Shown: positions 1-14,143 of the stretch, piece after piece
Numbering within the stretch: the first letter of the stretch is position 1
Layout: each line of letters opens with the position of its first letter
Assembly (NCBI RefSeq): GCF_030144855.1
Contig: NC_082707.1
Coordinates: 55,800,001 to 55,864,000 of the forward strand
Source of the DNA: Hypanus sabinus
Lineage: Eukaryota
Direction of reading: 5' to 3'
DNA: 64,000 bases
The notes under the pieces: generated by a model
The model's input: the letters and a program-made list of their open reading frames with translations, nothing else
What the model was told of the DNA's origin: nothing
Database searches by the model: none
Translations under genes and position numbers: made by a program

Positions 1-2070
1 GAGGTGATGGGCAGGTAAGGAAAAAGGTGAGAGGGAAAAAAGAATGGGAAATGGTGGGGGGGGGGGGGGGGCGGATTACCAGAAGTTTGAGAATTTGATG
101 TTCATACCATGAAGTTGGAGGCTACCTAGACAGAATACAAGACCATAAGACATAGGAGCAGAATTAGGCCATTTGGCCCATCAAGTCTGCTTCACCATTC
201 AATCATGGTTGATCCTTTTTCTTTCCTGCCTCAGCCTTCTCCTCGTAACCTTTGATGCTGAGTACATTCAAGAACCTATCAAGTTCTGCCTTAAATACAC
301 CCAGTGACCTGGCCTCCCCAGCTGCCTGTGGTAACAAATTTTACAAATTCATCATCCTCTGGCTAAAGAAATTTCTCTGCATCTCTATTTTAAATAGATG
401 CCCCCCTATCCTGAGGCTGTGCCCCCTTGTCCTAGACTCCCCCACCATGGGAAACATCCTCTCCCCATCTACTCTGTTTAGGCTTTTCCACATTTGAAAG
501 GTTTCAATGAGAACTCCCCATTTCCTTCTATATTCCAGCGAGTAAAGACCTAGACCTATCAAATGTTCCTCGTATGATAACCCTTTCATTCCTGCAATCA
601 TCCTAGTAAACCTCCTCTGAGCCCTCTCCAATGCTAGCACACCTTTTCTTAGATGAGGAGCCCAAAACCTGTCATAACACTCAAGGTGAGGCCTCACCAT
701 TGTCTTATAAAGCCTCAGTGTCACATCCTTGCTCTTATATTCTAGACCTCTTGAAATTAATGCCAACATTACATCCGCCATCCTCACTACTGACTCTACC
801 TGAAAGTTAACCTTTTGAGTGTTCTACACAAGGACTCCCAAGTTCTTTAGCATCTCAGATTTTTGGATTATCTCCCCGTTAAGAAAACAGTCTGCACATT
901 TATATTTTCTACCAAAGTGCATGACCATGTATTTTCCAACATTGTATTTCATTTACCACTTTTTTGCCCATTCTCCTAATTGGTCTAGGTCATTGCGCAG
1001 CGTACCTGTTTCCTCAATACTACCTGGCCCTCCACCAATCTTCTGTTCATCTGCAAACTTAGCAACAAAGCCACCTATTCCATCATCTGAATCATTGACA
1101 CACAGCATAAAAAGAAGCAGTCCCAACACCGACCCCTGCGGAACACCACTAGTCACTGGCAGCCAACCAGAAAAGAATCCTTTTATTCCCACTTGCCACT
1201 TCCTACCAATCAGCCAATGCGCTAACCATACCAGTAACTTTCTATAGTACCATGGACTCTTAACTTGGTAAGCAGTCTTGTGTGGCACCTTGTCAAAGGC
1301 CTTCTGAAAGTACAAATATACAACATCCACTGCATCCCCTTTATCTATCCTACTTGTAATCTCCTCAAAGAATTCCAACAGATTTCACAGACAAGATTTT
1401 CTCTTATGGAAACTACACTTTGTCATATTTTGTCCTGTATCTCCAAGTACTCTATCACCTTGTACTTAACAATTGACTACAACATCTTCCCAACCACTGA
1501 GGTCAGGCTCAGTGGTCTGTAATTTCCTCCTTTCTTAAAAGGTGAAATGATTATAAGATGTTTCTCCTCCAACCTGAGTGTAGCCTCGTTGAGGGAGAAG
1601 AGGAGGCCATGGACTGACATGTCAGAAAGGGAAGTAGAACTTAAATAGTTGGCTTCCAGGAGATCCTGCTTTTTCTGAGTGTAGGTACTCAACAGAGACA
1701 GTCTCTCAACTACATCAGCTCTCATCAATATACAGGAGCCACATTAGGAGTACCGGATACAGTAGATGACTCCCAACAGACTTACAGAAAAAGTGTCACC
1801 TCAGCTGGAAGGACTATTTGGGCCTTGAATGGTAGTGAGGGAGGAGGTGTAGGGGCAGGTGTGGCACTTGTTCCACTTGCTGTGAGAATCAGTGGGTTTA
1901 TAAAAGATATCAGTAGATAGACCAGAGATGGAGACAGAGAGATTGAGAAAGGGGAGGGAGGTGTCGGAAATGGATCAAGTAAATTTGTGGGCAGGGTGGA
2001 AGCTGGAGGTGGAGTTGATGACAAGCTCAGTATGGGTACAGGAAGCAGCACTAATGCAGTCATCAATGTA
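1..2070 (-). mobile_element. Penelope-like element remnant (1-142 and 1550-2070) split by CR1
   Basis: GIY-YIG tail LRLEEKHLI; continuity of the same sequence seen in other copies. Confidence 0.8.
143..1545 (-). mobile_element. CR1 LINE 3' portion inserted in a Penelope copy
   Basis: FQKAFDKVPH, SGVPQGSVLG, KFAD, VRPHLE; (CATAAGA) tail. Confidence 0.9.
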
Positions 2071-2621
2071 GCATAGGATTAGTTTAATTTACCATTTGAT
2101 TACTAATTTAATTGGCTTGGCACAACATCGTTGATGGAAAACTTATTCCTGTGCTATACTATTCTATGTGCTGTATATGTTTTCATTAGCGCTAAAGCAG
2201 AAATTTATATCAGTTTTAGGGGAATAAGGTGTAACTTTCTTTTTGTAATTTAAGATGCTCCTAAACACCTAACAATCAAATTAAGCTCTAAAACCTGATA
2301 AAGACAAAGAATCCATTAACAGATACTTTTCATAAAAAGCTGAATGTTAGAACGAGAATTATACACTTTTCAATGGGATTTTTTCCCATTCTCATTTGTC
2401 ATTGACAACGAGGTGGTAGAACCAGAATTTATATAATTTTATCTTACAGTTAAACAGTACATGCTGTTTGAAAAATTGAGTTGCATTGTGCTTGATAAGA
2501 AAATGACAAACTTGAATGGTAACTCGATATCAAAATGATGGTCCAGCTTCGTTCTGTGACATGGGTTAGGTGCACAAAGAAGGTTCTTTAAGCAAACGTT
2601 TAATACTTCCGGGACACTTAC

Positions 2622-2681
2622 TAGCCTGACGCTTCTGGCTAAGATCACGATTCCGACCACTGCCAGACCCGTGCTGATCGT
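2622..2681 (-). CDS. C3orf33: C3orf33 homolog, coding exon 2 (TISTGLAVVGIVILARSVRL); later exons fall left of the window
   Basis: Acceptor TGCTTTTAG|, 60 nt phase 0, donor |GTAAGT; matches human NISTGMAIAGIMLLLRSIRL. Confidence 0.92.
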
Positions 2682-2854
2682 CTAAAAGCACAAGCAAAGG
2701 GACAAAGCAATGAGAAGCAGCCTACAATACAAACTTCTCCAAACCTTCCGCTAAAGCACCCAAATTACAAAGTAAACCCCTTTGCCTCACTATCCCAGAA
2801 CTGCGCGTCCATTTTATAGCAGCTGGATTGTCAGGATGTAAATATCCCCCATAC

Positions 2855-2938
2855 CCGAACCACCCGAACATGCTCATCCGCGAATTCCACAGCTTTGCTG
2901 AGATAGTAACCGAGCGCATTCGGCCCCTCGTCAGACAT
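2855..2938 (-). CDS. C3orf33: C3orf33 homolog, coding exon 1 (MSDEGPNALGYYLSKAVEFADEHVRVVR)
   Basis: ATG at 2938 in a CpG island, 84 nt, donor CGG|GTATGG. FADEHVRVVR resembles human WADDHLRLVR. Lies downstream of SLC33A1 on the same strand, as in human. Confidence 0.9.
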
Positions 2939-3739
2939 GTTTCGCGCGCGGCATCACGGGAAGCATCGTGCGAATTGCCGAAGCGACGCGTGCTTGTCCA
3001 CTCGCGCGTACCCGCAGGTCCGCGCGTCAGGCGGGCGGGGAGCGCGCAACGCGCGTCCACAGAGCGCTTCGTACGGAGGCAAAAATGAGGGGTTTCCACC
3101 CGAAACATCGCCGGCCGTTTCTTTCCGCATTTCCTCTCTGACCCGCCGAATTCCTCCAGCAGCTCGTTTTGTTGCTCCACATTCCAACATCTGCAGTCTT
3201 CTGTCTCTTATAAAGTTTAATCATTCACTCTTTCAAAGGAAGGGTAACTGGCTAAAAAAATACATAGATTGCTCTAATAGCATATTTATTTTGGGGGAAT
3301 CCAGAATGTATTATCTGCCATTACTTATAATTAGAAATGCTGCTAAGCCAGTACCTGGAAGCCTGGCAGATCTAGTGAAGGGACTCCACAACCCAAGGTC
3401 AACCTTTCACATCCACCCTGAAAAACAACGCACACAGGGGTTGCAAAATATTTGAAAGCACTTTGGAATTGAAACTTGTCAACTGGCTAGTGACTTTGTT
3501 GGATTGTCAAAGAACACAGATGCACTAAAACCTAGATGAATAAAGCTAATAATAAAGCTTGAATGACACCATGTTTCTTGATTGCCATTATACTGCCAAT
3601 GTAGCTAGTCCTTGCAAGAGTTTGTTGAATAATTTGTTTATTAATGGTAGGAAAGTTTTACCAAATACATCAGGTAGCAATGAATATTTATAATTCCTGA
3701 AAAGCAATTTGTTAATTTCTTTGCTGTCCTTCAGGTGCT

Positions 3740-6700
3740 TAGACCATCAGATAAAGGAGAAGTAGGTCACTTGGCCCATCAAATCTGCTCCACCATTTCA
3801 TCATGTCTGATCCGAATGTCCTCTCAGCCCCAATCTTCTGAACTCTCCCCCTATCCCTTCATGCCCTGACCAATCAAGAATCTATCAACCTCTGCCTTAA
3901 ATATACATAAAGACTTGGCCTCAATGGCTGCCTGTGGCAAAGAATTCCACAGATTCATCACTGTCGGGCTAGAGAAATTCCTCAACTCCATTCTAAAAGG
4001 ATGCCCGCCCCTCTATTCTGAGACTGTATCCTCTGGTCTTAGACTTTCCCACCATAAGAAACATAGTCTCCACATCCACTCTATCAAAGCCCTTCACCAT
4101 TTGATAAGTTTCAATGAAGTCACCTGCATTCTTCTGAATTCTAGTGAATATAGGCCCAGTGCCATTGGATGCTCTGCATATGACAAGCCATTCAATCCTG
4201 GAATCATTTTCATGAACCTCCTTTGAATCCTCTCCAGTTTCAACACATCCTTTCTAAGATAAAAGCCCCAACCTGCTCACAATACTCCAAGTGAGAGCTC
4301 ACCAGTGCTTTAAGGTCTCAACATTACATCCTTGCTTTTATATTCTAGTCCTCTTGAAATGAATGCTAACAATGCATTTGCCTTCCTCACCACAGACTAA
4401 AACTGCAAATTAACCTCAAACAACAGAAAATCTGCAGATGCTGGAAATCTGACCAACACACAGAAAATGCTGGAGGAACTCAGCAGACCAAGCAGCATCT
4501 ATGGAGAAAAGTAAAGTCGATGTTTTGGGCCAACATCGGGGAAGGAGATAAAGAAACACAAGGTGATAGGTGAAATCTGAAGGAGGAAGGATGAAGAGCC
4601 GGGACATTGATTCGTGAAAGAGACAGATGGACATGGAGGAAAGAAAAAGGGGGAGAAGCATGAGAGGGAGGCAATGGGCAGGCAAGAAGATAAGGTGAAA
4701 GAGGGAAAAGGGGATGGGGAATGGTGAAGGGGGCAGGTGGAGGGGGCATTACCAGAAGTTCGAGAAATCGATGTTCATGCCATCAGGTTGGAGGCTACCC
4801 AAACAGAACATAAGGTGTTGTTCCTCCAACCTCAGTGTGGCCTCATCACAACAGTGGAGGATGCCAAGGATAGACATATTAGAATGGGAATGAGAAGTAG
4901 AATTAAAATGGTTGGCCGCTGGGAGATCCTGCTTTTTCTGGTGGATGGAGTGTAGGTACTCAGAGAAATGCTCTCCTAATCTACGTCAGGTTTCACTGAT
5001 AAACAGCAGGCCACACCGGGAGCACCGGACACAGTATATGATCCCAACAGACTCACAGGTGGAGTGTCGCCTCACCTGGAAGGACTGTTTAAGTCCCTGA
5101 ATGGTAGTGAGGGAGGAAGTGCAGGGGCAGGTGTAGCACTTGTTCTGCTTGCAAGGATAAGTGCCAGAGGGAAATCGGTGGGCAGAGATGAATGGACGAG
5201 GGAGTTATGTAGGGAGCAATCCCGGCAGAAAGCATTGTGGTGGAGAGGTGGAGGGAAAGATGTGCTTGGTGGTGGGATCCCATTGATGATGGTGGAAGTA
5301 TCAGAGAATTATGGGCTGGATGCAGAGGCAGGTTGTGTGGTAGGTGAGGACAAGAGAAACTCTATCCCTAGTAGGGTGGCAGGAGGATGGGGTAAGAGCT
5401 GATGTGCGTGAAATTGAAGGGATACAGTTGGCAGTATTGATGGTGGAGAAAGGGAAGCCCCTTTCTGTGAAGGAAGACATCTCCTTCGTTCTTGAATAAA
5501 AAGCCTCATCCTGAGAGCAGATGTGGTGGAGATGGAGGAATTCAGAGAAAGCAACAAGTTGGGAAGAGGTATAGTCCAAGTAGCTGTGACAGTCTGTAGG
5601 ATTATAATAGACATCAGTGGATAAACTATCTCCAGAGACAGAGACAGTAAAATCAAGAAAGGGGAGGGTGCTGTTGGAAATGGAGCTGGTAAGTTTGAGG
5701 GTAGGGTGGAAGTTGGAGGCAAAGTGGATGAGGTTGATGGGTTCAGCATGGGCGCAGGAATCAGCACCAATGCAGTCGTCGATGTAGCATAGGAGAAGTG
5801 TGGGATGGTCACCAGTGTAGGTTTGGAACTTAGACTGTTCTACGTAGCAGAAAAATAGGCAGGCATAGCTAGGACCCATGGGAGTGCCCATGGTTACACC
5901 TTTTGTTTGAAGGAAGTGGGCGGAGCCATAGGAAAAGTTATTTAGTGTGAGGACAAGTTCTGCTAGGCGGAGGAGAGTGGTGGCAAAAGGGAACTCCACT
6001 ACCTTTAACCTTCTGGGATTCCTGCACAAGGGCACTCAACTGCCTTTGTCCTCAATTTTTTTTTGCATTTTCTTTCCATTCTTCTACCCAAGTTTATAAC
6101 CATACACTTCCTGATACTGTATTCCATCTATTTCTTTGCCCATTCTCCTAATACGTCCAAATCCTCTGAAGCCTCTCTACTTCCTCAAAACTACCCGCCC
6201 CTCCACCTACCTTCATATTGTCTGCAAACTTCGCAGCAAAGCCATCAATTCCATCTTCTAAATCATTAACATATCACGTAAAAAGAATCGGTCCCAACAC
6301 AGACCTGTGGAACACCACTAGTAACTGGCAGCCAGCCAGAAAAGGCTCCCTTCAATCTCACTCATTGCCTTCTGCCAATCAGCCACTGCTTTATCCATGT
6401 AGAATCTTTACATAGAACCATAGAACATTACAGCACAGAAACAGGTCTTTTGGCCCTTCTTGGCTGTGCCGAACCATTATTCTGCCTAGTCCCACTGACC
6501 TGCACCTGGGCCATATGCCTCCAAACCCCTCTCATCAATATACCATATACCTGTCCAAGTTATAATGTGGAGGGCTGTCAGAAACCACAGCAGGATATCG
6601 ACAGGATACAAAACCAGGCTGAGAAGTGGCAGATGGAGCCCAATCCAGACAAGTATGAGGTGGCTCACCTTGATCATGCGGATAATCAGAGGCTTTTTCC

Positions 6701-7925
6701 CAGGGCTGAAATGGCTAACACAGGAAGGCACAGTTTTAAGGTGCTTGGAACTAGGTACAGAGGAGATGGCAGGGATTAGTTTTTTTATGCAGAATGGTGA
6801 GTACGTGGAATGGGCTGCTGGCAATGGTGGTGGAGGTGGGTACGATAGGATCTTTTGTGAGACTCCTGGAGAGGTACACGGAGCTTAGAAAAATAGCCGG
6901 CTATAGGTAACCCCAGGTAATTTCTGAAGTAAGTACATGTTCGGCACAGCACTGCGGGCCAAAGGGCCTGCATTGTGCTGCAGGCCCTCTATGTTTTCTA
7001 TGTCTGGATATCCTATCTCTAATCGTACACTCTCAATCTGACTTTGCCTCCTTCAGGTCCTTTTACAATAATCCTGATAACATGAATGTGTGAACTGTTA
7101 TACGTGATCCTTCCTGTGGACTGAAACCTCTTTTCATTTCAGACCCATCCCGCAGTGCTGAGCCGAACATGTACTTACTTTAGAAATTACCTGGGGTTAC
7201 CCATAGCCCACTATTTTTCTAAGCTCCATGTACCTCTCCAGGAGTCTCTTAAAAGATCCTATCATACCTGCCTCCACCACCATCGCCAGCAGCCCATTCC
7301 ACATACTCACCACTCTCTGCGTAAAAAAAACTTATCCCTGCCATCTCCTCTGTACCTCCTCTAATACCATGGACTTGTAGTTTGTTAAACATTTGTGACA
7401 CTTTGTCTAATGCCTTCTGAAAATCTAAAGACACAATAACCGATTCTCCTTTGTCTATCCTGCTTGTTATTTTTTTCAAAGAATTCCAACAGATTTGTAA
7501 GATCTTCACTGATTATGGGCTATTTTATCATAAGCCTTCAGTGAGACCTCATCCTTAATAATCGACAACAACATCTTCCCAACTACTGAGGTCAGACTAA
7601 CTGGCCTGTAGTTTCCTTTCCTTTGCCTCTCTCCCTTCTTGAAGAGTGGAATGACATTTGCAGTTTTTCATTCTTCCGGAATCATTCCATAATCTAGTGA
7701 TTCTTAAAAGATCATTACTAATGCTGCCACGATTTCTTCAGCCACTTCTTTCAGAACTCTGAGCTGTACATCATCCAGTTCAGGTGACTTACTGACCTTC
7801 AGACCTTTCAGTTTCCTCAAGAACCTTTTGTTTAGTTATGGAAACTTCACACACTTCATGCTCCCTGACACCTGGAAATTCCACCATACTGTTAGTGTCT
7901 TCCACAGTGAAGACTGGTGCAAATA
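3740..7925 (-). mobile_element. CR1 LINE split by a Penelope copy (4416-5990) and a composite insert (6410-7357)
   Basis: Same CR1 3' sequence as 143-1545; resumes after each insert (TAACCT at both Penelope junctions). Confidence 0.85.
4416..5990 (-). mobile_element. Penelope-like element (RT plus GIY-YIG), degenerate
   Basis: LAELVLTLNNF...QTKGVTMGTPMGPSYACLF...YIDD...LPFLD. Confidence 0.9.
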
Positions 7926-8069
7926 TACTTGTCATTCTGAGTTGTAACAACAATAACAAAGAGATATAGTTAGGCTTTTTTCTTGCTGAAGGTAATCATT
8001 GTTACTTCACATTTATAATCCAAGCTTGGACATTGTCCAGTTTTGCATAAAGGTATCACAGTTCTGTAA

Positions 8070-8320
8070 TAGGTAGCATAATGGTACAACCAGTAGAACT
8101 GCTGCTTTGAAGCACTGTTGACCCAGGTGCATTCTTAACATCTGGTGCTGTCTGAAATTCACACATTTTCCCTATGACTTCATAGGCTTTATGTCAGTAC
8201 CCTAGTTTCATCCCACATGCTCAAGACATAGGTGGAGAAATTAATTATTCATCATAAAATTGCTCCTAGTACTTTGATGAGTAGTAGAATCTGGGCGGGG
8301 ACGTGGTGGTGAAAGAATAA
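8070..8320 (+). mobile_element. tRNA-derived SINE remnant (similar remnants near 13850-14100, 20690-20850, 61850-62050, 63395-63590)
   Basis: Decayed A/B-box head followed by a V-SINE-like core (TTTCATCCCACAT...AAGACAT). Confidence 0.5.
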
Positions 8321-8749
8321 AATGGGATCAGGGTCTCAGCCTGAAACATCGACAGTGCTTCTTCCTATAGTTGCTGCCCAGCCTGCCATGTTTCACCAGC
8401 ATTTTGTGTGTGTTGTCAGTGTAAAAAGATACTTGATAGTGTGGATTCAGTGGGCAGAAGGGACCATATTCTATGACCTTAATTAATCAGATCTCATGAC
8501 AGCAAATATTTGCATTAACCGGAATAACTAAATTGGATATAAACAAATTTCATTAAATAAATCTCTTCTCTCAAGTGGGTAGATGTAGATGGAGGACATA
8601 ACTGAACCTACCCATTAGTGGATGTGAACATCCAAGAACTGGAGCCTGGTCTTCCATCATCTGGACCAGCTGACCACTATACCTTGCTCTGTCCACCATC
8701 ATTGCAAGTGCAGGCCTTGTGGGATCCTTTGGAGCAACAATAAGGATCC

Positions 8750-9317
8750 AACCCTTACTGGGAGTATTGTCAACAATTTTTGGCCCCGTATCGCGGAAAG
8801 GATGTGTTGTTCTTGGACAGAGTCCAGAGGTAGTTCAAAAGGATGATTTCAGGAATGAAGTAGTTAACATATTAAGAGCGTTTGGCAGCTTTGGGTCGGC
8901 ACTCACTGAAATTTAGAAGAATGCATGGGAATCTCTTTGAAACTTACTGAATGTTGGAAGGATTAGATAGGGTGGATGTGAAGAGAATGTTTTCTGTGGT
9001 GGCTGTATCCAGAAGTAGAGGGCACAGCCTCAAAATTGAGGGGTAACCTTTCAGAACAGAGTTAAGGAGGAATTTTTTTTTTAGCCAGAGAGTAGTGAAT
9101 CTGTGGAATGCTCAGCCACAGAATGTGGTGGAGGCAAAGTCTGTGGGTATATTTAAGGTACAAGTTGATAGTTTTCTAATTGGTCAGGCCATCAAAGGAT
9201 ACGGTGAGAAGGTAAGTGTATGGGGTTGAGTGGGATCCGGGATCAGCCATGATGGAATGCAGGAGAAGACTCAATAGGCTGAATGGACTAATTCTGCTCC
9301 TATGTCTTATAGTCTAA
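8750..9317 (+). mobile_element. CR1 LINE 3' fragment
   Basis: Reverse complement of the 143-790 sequence, ending CCTATGTCTTATAGTCT. Confidence 0.88.
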
Positions 9318-12217
9318 TATCAACAGACTTGGTTGTCACTGTTATTGCCTAGAACTCTGACACTCTGATCGTAATATCACTGCTTTGGTCCAATGTTTTA
9401 CTCAGGGTAGTGATGCCACTGTGGCTAGTTACAGAACAAAGTGCTGGACGTGTTTTTTTTTCTGGAAGGGGTAAAGCAGAAAAGGATTGGTTTTTTTTGG
9501 GAGTGGGGGAGGCATGTTGCCATCACTGATAAGCTGGTCTGATGTTTCAATGTCTCTCCTTTGACATTCAAACATCAAATCATCCTGAGGAACATGGAAT
9601 CGGCCGGCTATTTTGTAACATATGCCCTAACACTGGATCATGCAAAGGAGGATTTCTACCGCTGGTGATTCCCTATTTTCTTCCCCTTCACTTCTTAAAT
9701 AATTAAGATGTATTTACTAGCCTCATCCCGAAGAACAATTGCAGAATATACAGAATCTATAAAGCAACCTCTTTCAAAACTTAGAGATGAACATCAGGGT
9801 CCTTTAGATTATATATTTGTAGTCAGACTAATATATTCCACCCAATTTCTTCATTCTCACTAGTTCTCTAATTTTTTTAATGCATATTATTTTGTGTCTT
9901 TTTTTGTGCAAATGAAGTTTACTCCCTGCTATTAATTATCCCATCTCTCCAATTCGGTCTCATGTGATAGATATTTTTCCCTAAGTCCTATCGTTAGGGA
10001 CATCACTTTGCTGGTCGGATAACATGTAATGAACTGCAAATACAGGTAAAAGTTTCACCACTCCCCACACTTCCAACATCCCACCCAACTACTTTTGATT
10101 TTATAATTAAGGGAAAATGATTTATTGTACAGCTGAAGACAGGTGAGCTACTGTAGCTAAAGGATAATGGGAGCTCAATATCCCATGTTATTATTGGTGC
10201 CAAATCAGCTACATTGTGCAGATATCCCATGACTAGATACAGCTGTCATTTTGCAGCATTCCATTAACTTAAAGACATAATTACCAAGAAATATCCTTTT
10301 GAAAATGTGATTATTGATCAATCAACTCCTCGATTTTAATTTCAATTTTCTCCACTGTCTCTGCTTTTTGCTTCATCTGCTTTCTCCATTTCTAAGAATG
10401 AGTTAACCCACTAATTTTCCACTGCTTATTCTTTGTGTTTTCCTCTCTTCTTTCATTATAAGGAGTTACCAGATCTGGTATTGGCTAACTGGCTTTTCAT
10501 GGGTAGTAAAATTTGAAACCATAAATGAGTAAGACAAGTATGACCAGTTTAACCAATGACAAGTATAACCAAAATTAATATACAAGATGCCTTTTGTTAT
10601 AAAACCTGGTCAAATTTTATTCCTTTCTAACTTCAAATTGTGAATACCAGGAGAGGGTATTCCTAGCTTGATACAATAATGGTGAAAGATGTTAAAAAAA
10701 AATAGTAGCAACAATCTCAATATGATTAAACCATTATATCAAAATAACAGAAAATTCAAAAGTGGCAGAGAATCATAAAATACAAACTTTTAAATGGACA
10801 TGAATGAGCAAATAAGACAAATATACAGTAAATCAAGAGAACATCAATCACAATACAAAAAAAATTACTCAATAAGGCATTATGAAGTGCACTGGGTTTT
10901 CTTTAAGAAAGGACAAAGGAAAGCACAGGAAGAACAATCTCCTCAAAATCATTTAGAGCAGCAAAGGATAAAAGACTAACTAAGGAAATTCATTTTTTGA
11001 AAAAAAAAACTCATTTTGAAAGGATTTCCATTTCTTATTCTTATGAACAATAAAAGTGCAGATTAAATACATAGACATTTTATATTCTTGGAGGTGGAGG
11101 TGATGAAAAAGTCAAGGCCAAGAATTACTGTTGTTTCTGAGTGGCCCTTTTAAGACACCTTTATGTTGCCCTGGTGTAGATGTTCCCTTAAAAATAGTAC
11201 CTTATGTAACAATGAGGAAGGAGAGAATCTTGTGGGGGGGGGGGGGGGTAGTGATGCTACCATGTATGAACTGCCCCTGTTATTCTTCTGGCTAATGGAA
11301 ATTATGGGTAGTTGAGGTACTGATGGACAGTTGCTGCAGATGCATTGGATATTTATGGATACTTGCAATGACACAACATATTCATCGGGAAGCTGTTTTG
11401 TTTTAATTAGTAAATTTTAAATTGTTTTATTTTAACTAGGAGATTTAAAATTAACTGGATAAGTTATAATATACTATTGGGTTTTTTTTGGTAGTTCACA
11501 ATCAGCACAACAAATATATGCAGTCATCATTCAAAAATAGAATATTAGTAATGATCACTACAGTATAATCAGTTATTCACTAATTGATCAAATACTGCTC
11601 ATCGCTGGTTCAAAAAAAGTTAGTACAGAAACAACCACCAGTAAATATTGAAGCATGATTAAGAATCAGCTAGCAAATTTAAAAAAAAACCAGGATATTC
11701 TTGGCAAGTTCATATATTAAAATAGCAGGCACATCACCAGACAAGTTCAAATAAATAAATATGGTAGTGTACAACTCCATAGTATTAAATTGATGCTGTC
11801 AGGCATTAAATGGAAAAGACAAGATTTTAGTGGAAATTGGTATGACCCCAGCACTCAACACCCAAATGATAAAGGTCCTCTACCAATCTGCACCCTCTGC
11901 ACAATACTGTCCTTCAGCAAACAGATAAATGTCAACTACTCAAACTCTTGGGAGTTATCATTTGATGAAGACAGACATTGATCATATTTATGAATGTCCT
12001 CAATAAGCTAACATAGCCTTTTGTCCATGATTAAACGGTGTTGAAGATATAAACAACCTTAAATATGCACAAAACTAATGATCTGCTGAGACAGCCACGA
12101 GTCCTGCCGTCCTTCCTCTCCTTTGACATCTGAACTACCTATAACAGATCCCTCAAAGTATTTAAAAGATACCACCACTACTGCTTCTACAAAATCCTGG
12201 AAGGTTTACTATATATA

Positions 12218-12707
12218 CTATAAGCTGTTGTGTGCTGGGGCAGCAGGCTGAGGGTAGCAGACACCAACAGAATCAACAAGCTCATTCGTAAGGCCAGTGA
12301 TGTTGTTGGGGTAGAACTGGACTCTCTGATGGTGGTGTCTGAAAAGAGGATGCTGTCCAAGTTGCATGCCATCTTGGACAATGTCTCCCATCCACTCCAT
12401 AATGTACTGGTTAGGCACAGGAGTACATTCAGCCAGAGTCTCATTCCACTGAGATGCAACACTGAGCGTCATAGGAAGTCATTCCTACCTGTGGGCATCA
12501 AACTTTACAACTCCTCCTTCGGAGGGTCAGACACCCTGAGCCAATAGGCTGGTCCTGAACTTATTTCCACTTGGCGTGATTAACTTATTATTATTTAATT
12601 ATTTATAGTTTTATATTGCTATATTTCTTCACTATTCTTAGTTGGTGCGGCTGTAACGAAACCCAATTTCCCCTCTGGTTCAATAAAGTATGTCTGTCTG
12701 TCTGTCT
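12218..12707 (+). mobile_element. Rex1/Babar LINE 3' fragment
   Basis: CWG...INKLIRKAS...SHPLH...TERHRKSFLP; AATAAAG plus (TCTG)n tail. Confidence 0.85.
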
Positions 12708-14143
12708 ATATCAATGACATCTTCTCCCTGGTCAGTAGTCTCAGGATCAAAGCCTTAATACACTCAGTTTGCCCCTCTTGACAGCCCAGGTCATTTGCAT
12801 ATACAATAATACAGACATTGTTCAAGATTTTCCTCCAAACCTCTTGACAAAATGCAAATCCCAACTGACTCTTCGGAATTCTTGGCCCATGATTGCTTGA
12901 AATGGTAATGGAACAATTGAGGAGGTATTAGAGCCTCAAGTTCATGCATTGAAAGCACACAGAAGTCCTGCGTAAGTGTTGGAGGAGCTCAGCACCTCAC
13001 AAACTACCCACCTGTCAGGCACTTCCAGTCCCATCGGTGGAAGAGTCAGGATCCAAAGTTGACTCATTATTCACCTCAAAACTTGACAGGAAGCAAAGTC
13101 ATACTCAATTCAACATGACACCGGAGAAGATGCCAGTGAAGGTACAACTTAATACAGCACAAACTATTCATTTACTAAATACACTAAATCTAATCTGGCT
13201 GCTGCATTTTCAAGGATTCCTTGGAACATCTGCAAGAATGAAGCCTGCACAAGCCCAGCTGTGCCAATGGTAAAATCAGGATAGTCATTTAAAAATGTCA
13301 TGCCTTGCCTTCTGTTCATTAATTAGTGTACCTGAAATTTGAAAACACAAATTTTGATGCCAATAACTGCACAGATCATCAGAAATATCGAAAAAATAAA
13401 CATTTCATAATTAAATAAAGATTTCTTCACCAGCAAGATCAATTTAAAAAAAAACAAATTTTCAAATATTTTTCTGCTAATGGTTGAATTCACTATTTGG
13501 AACATAATTCTTTTCTTTTAATGTGGTAAAATGAAGCAGAAACAAATATGTTTCATTCATGGTGCAAAAAAAACATTCGTTTTTGATCACAAAAAGAAAC
13601 CTTGGTTGATACCTCTTAAAGAGCCAAAGACAAAGTTACAAGAGAAGAATAGTTAGTGATTTGAGACTGGAGAATATTTGAAATTATAAGTTTCTTGATG
13701 AAAATTTCAGACTAGTTTCCCTTCAGAACCAATTTGACTTGTGTTAAACATCCCTCACTCTGCCATCTATTTAATTTGATGGAAGGAAGATCTGACATCA
13801 GTGAGCAAACTAAAAAAACTGATATCCATTCTCTGGCAGATGTTAAATTGGCTCCAGAAATCAGCATTGATCCTAGCTTCAGACATTGCCTGCTTTATTT
13901 TCCTTTAATATCGTGGTCTTCCTCCAGGTGTGCTGGTTTTCTATCACAAACGTAAGTAGCAATAGCTAGTAAATTAATTGGCAACCATAAATTGCCTTAA
14001 GTGCAGTTTAAGTGGTAAGAGAATTGGGTGGGAGAGGGAGTTGAAGTTGAGGTGAGTGAAAATGTAATTAGTGTGGATGGGTTTTGGGCTTGGTTTCATG
14101 GTTATATAATTCTACAGCTCAATGACCAGTGATAATGAATTAA

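Larger units (their letters stand above)
2600..3170. promoter_or_regulatory. CpG island / promoter of C3orf33
   Basis: Dense CpG and CGCG runs in otherwise CpG-depleted DNA; E2F-like TTTCGCGC at 2940-2947. Confidence 0.85.

Noticed and set aside
2722-3455. Arg-rich overlapping ORFs here and at 45566-45977 and 60826-61361
   Set aside because: Expected from stop-poor CpG islands; the real exons are short spliced segments within them.
8560-8745. Coding-like stretch LALSTIIASAGLVGSFGATI, possibly continuing after 9318
   Set aside because: Stops nearby, no convincing splice sites and no recognisable homolog; a tBLASTx search would be needed to revive it as a pseudogene.
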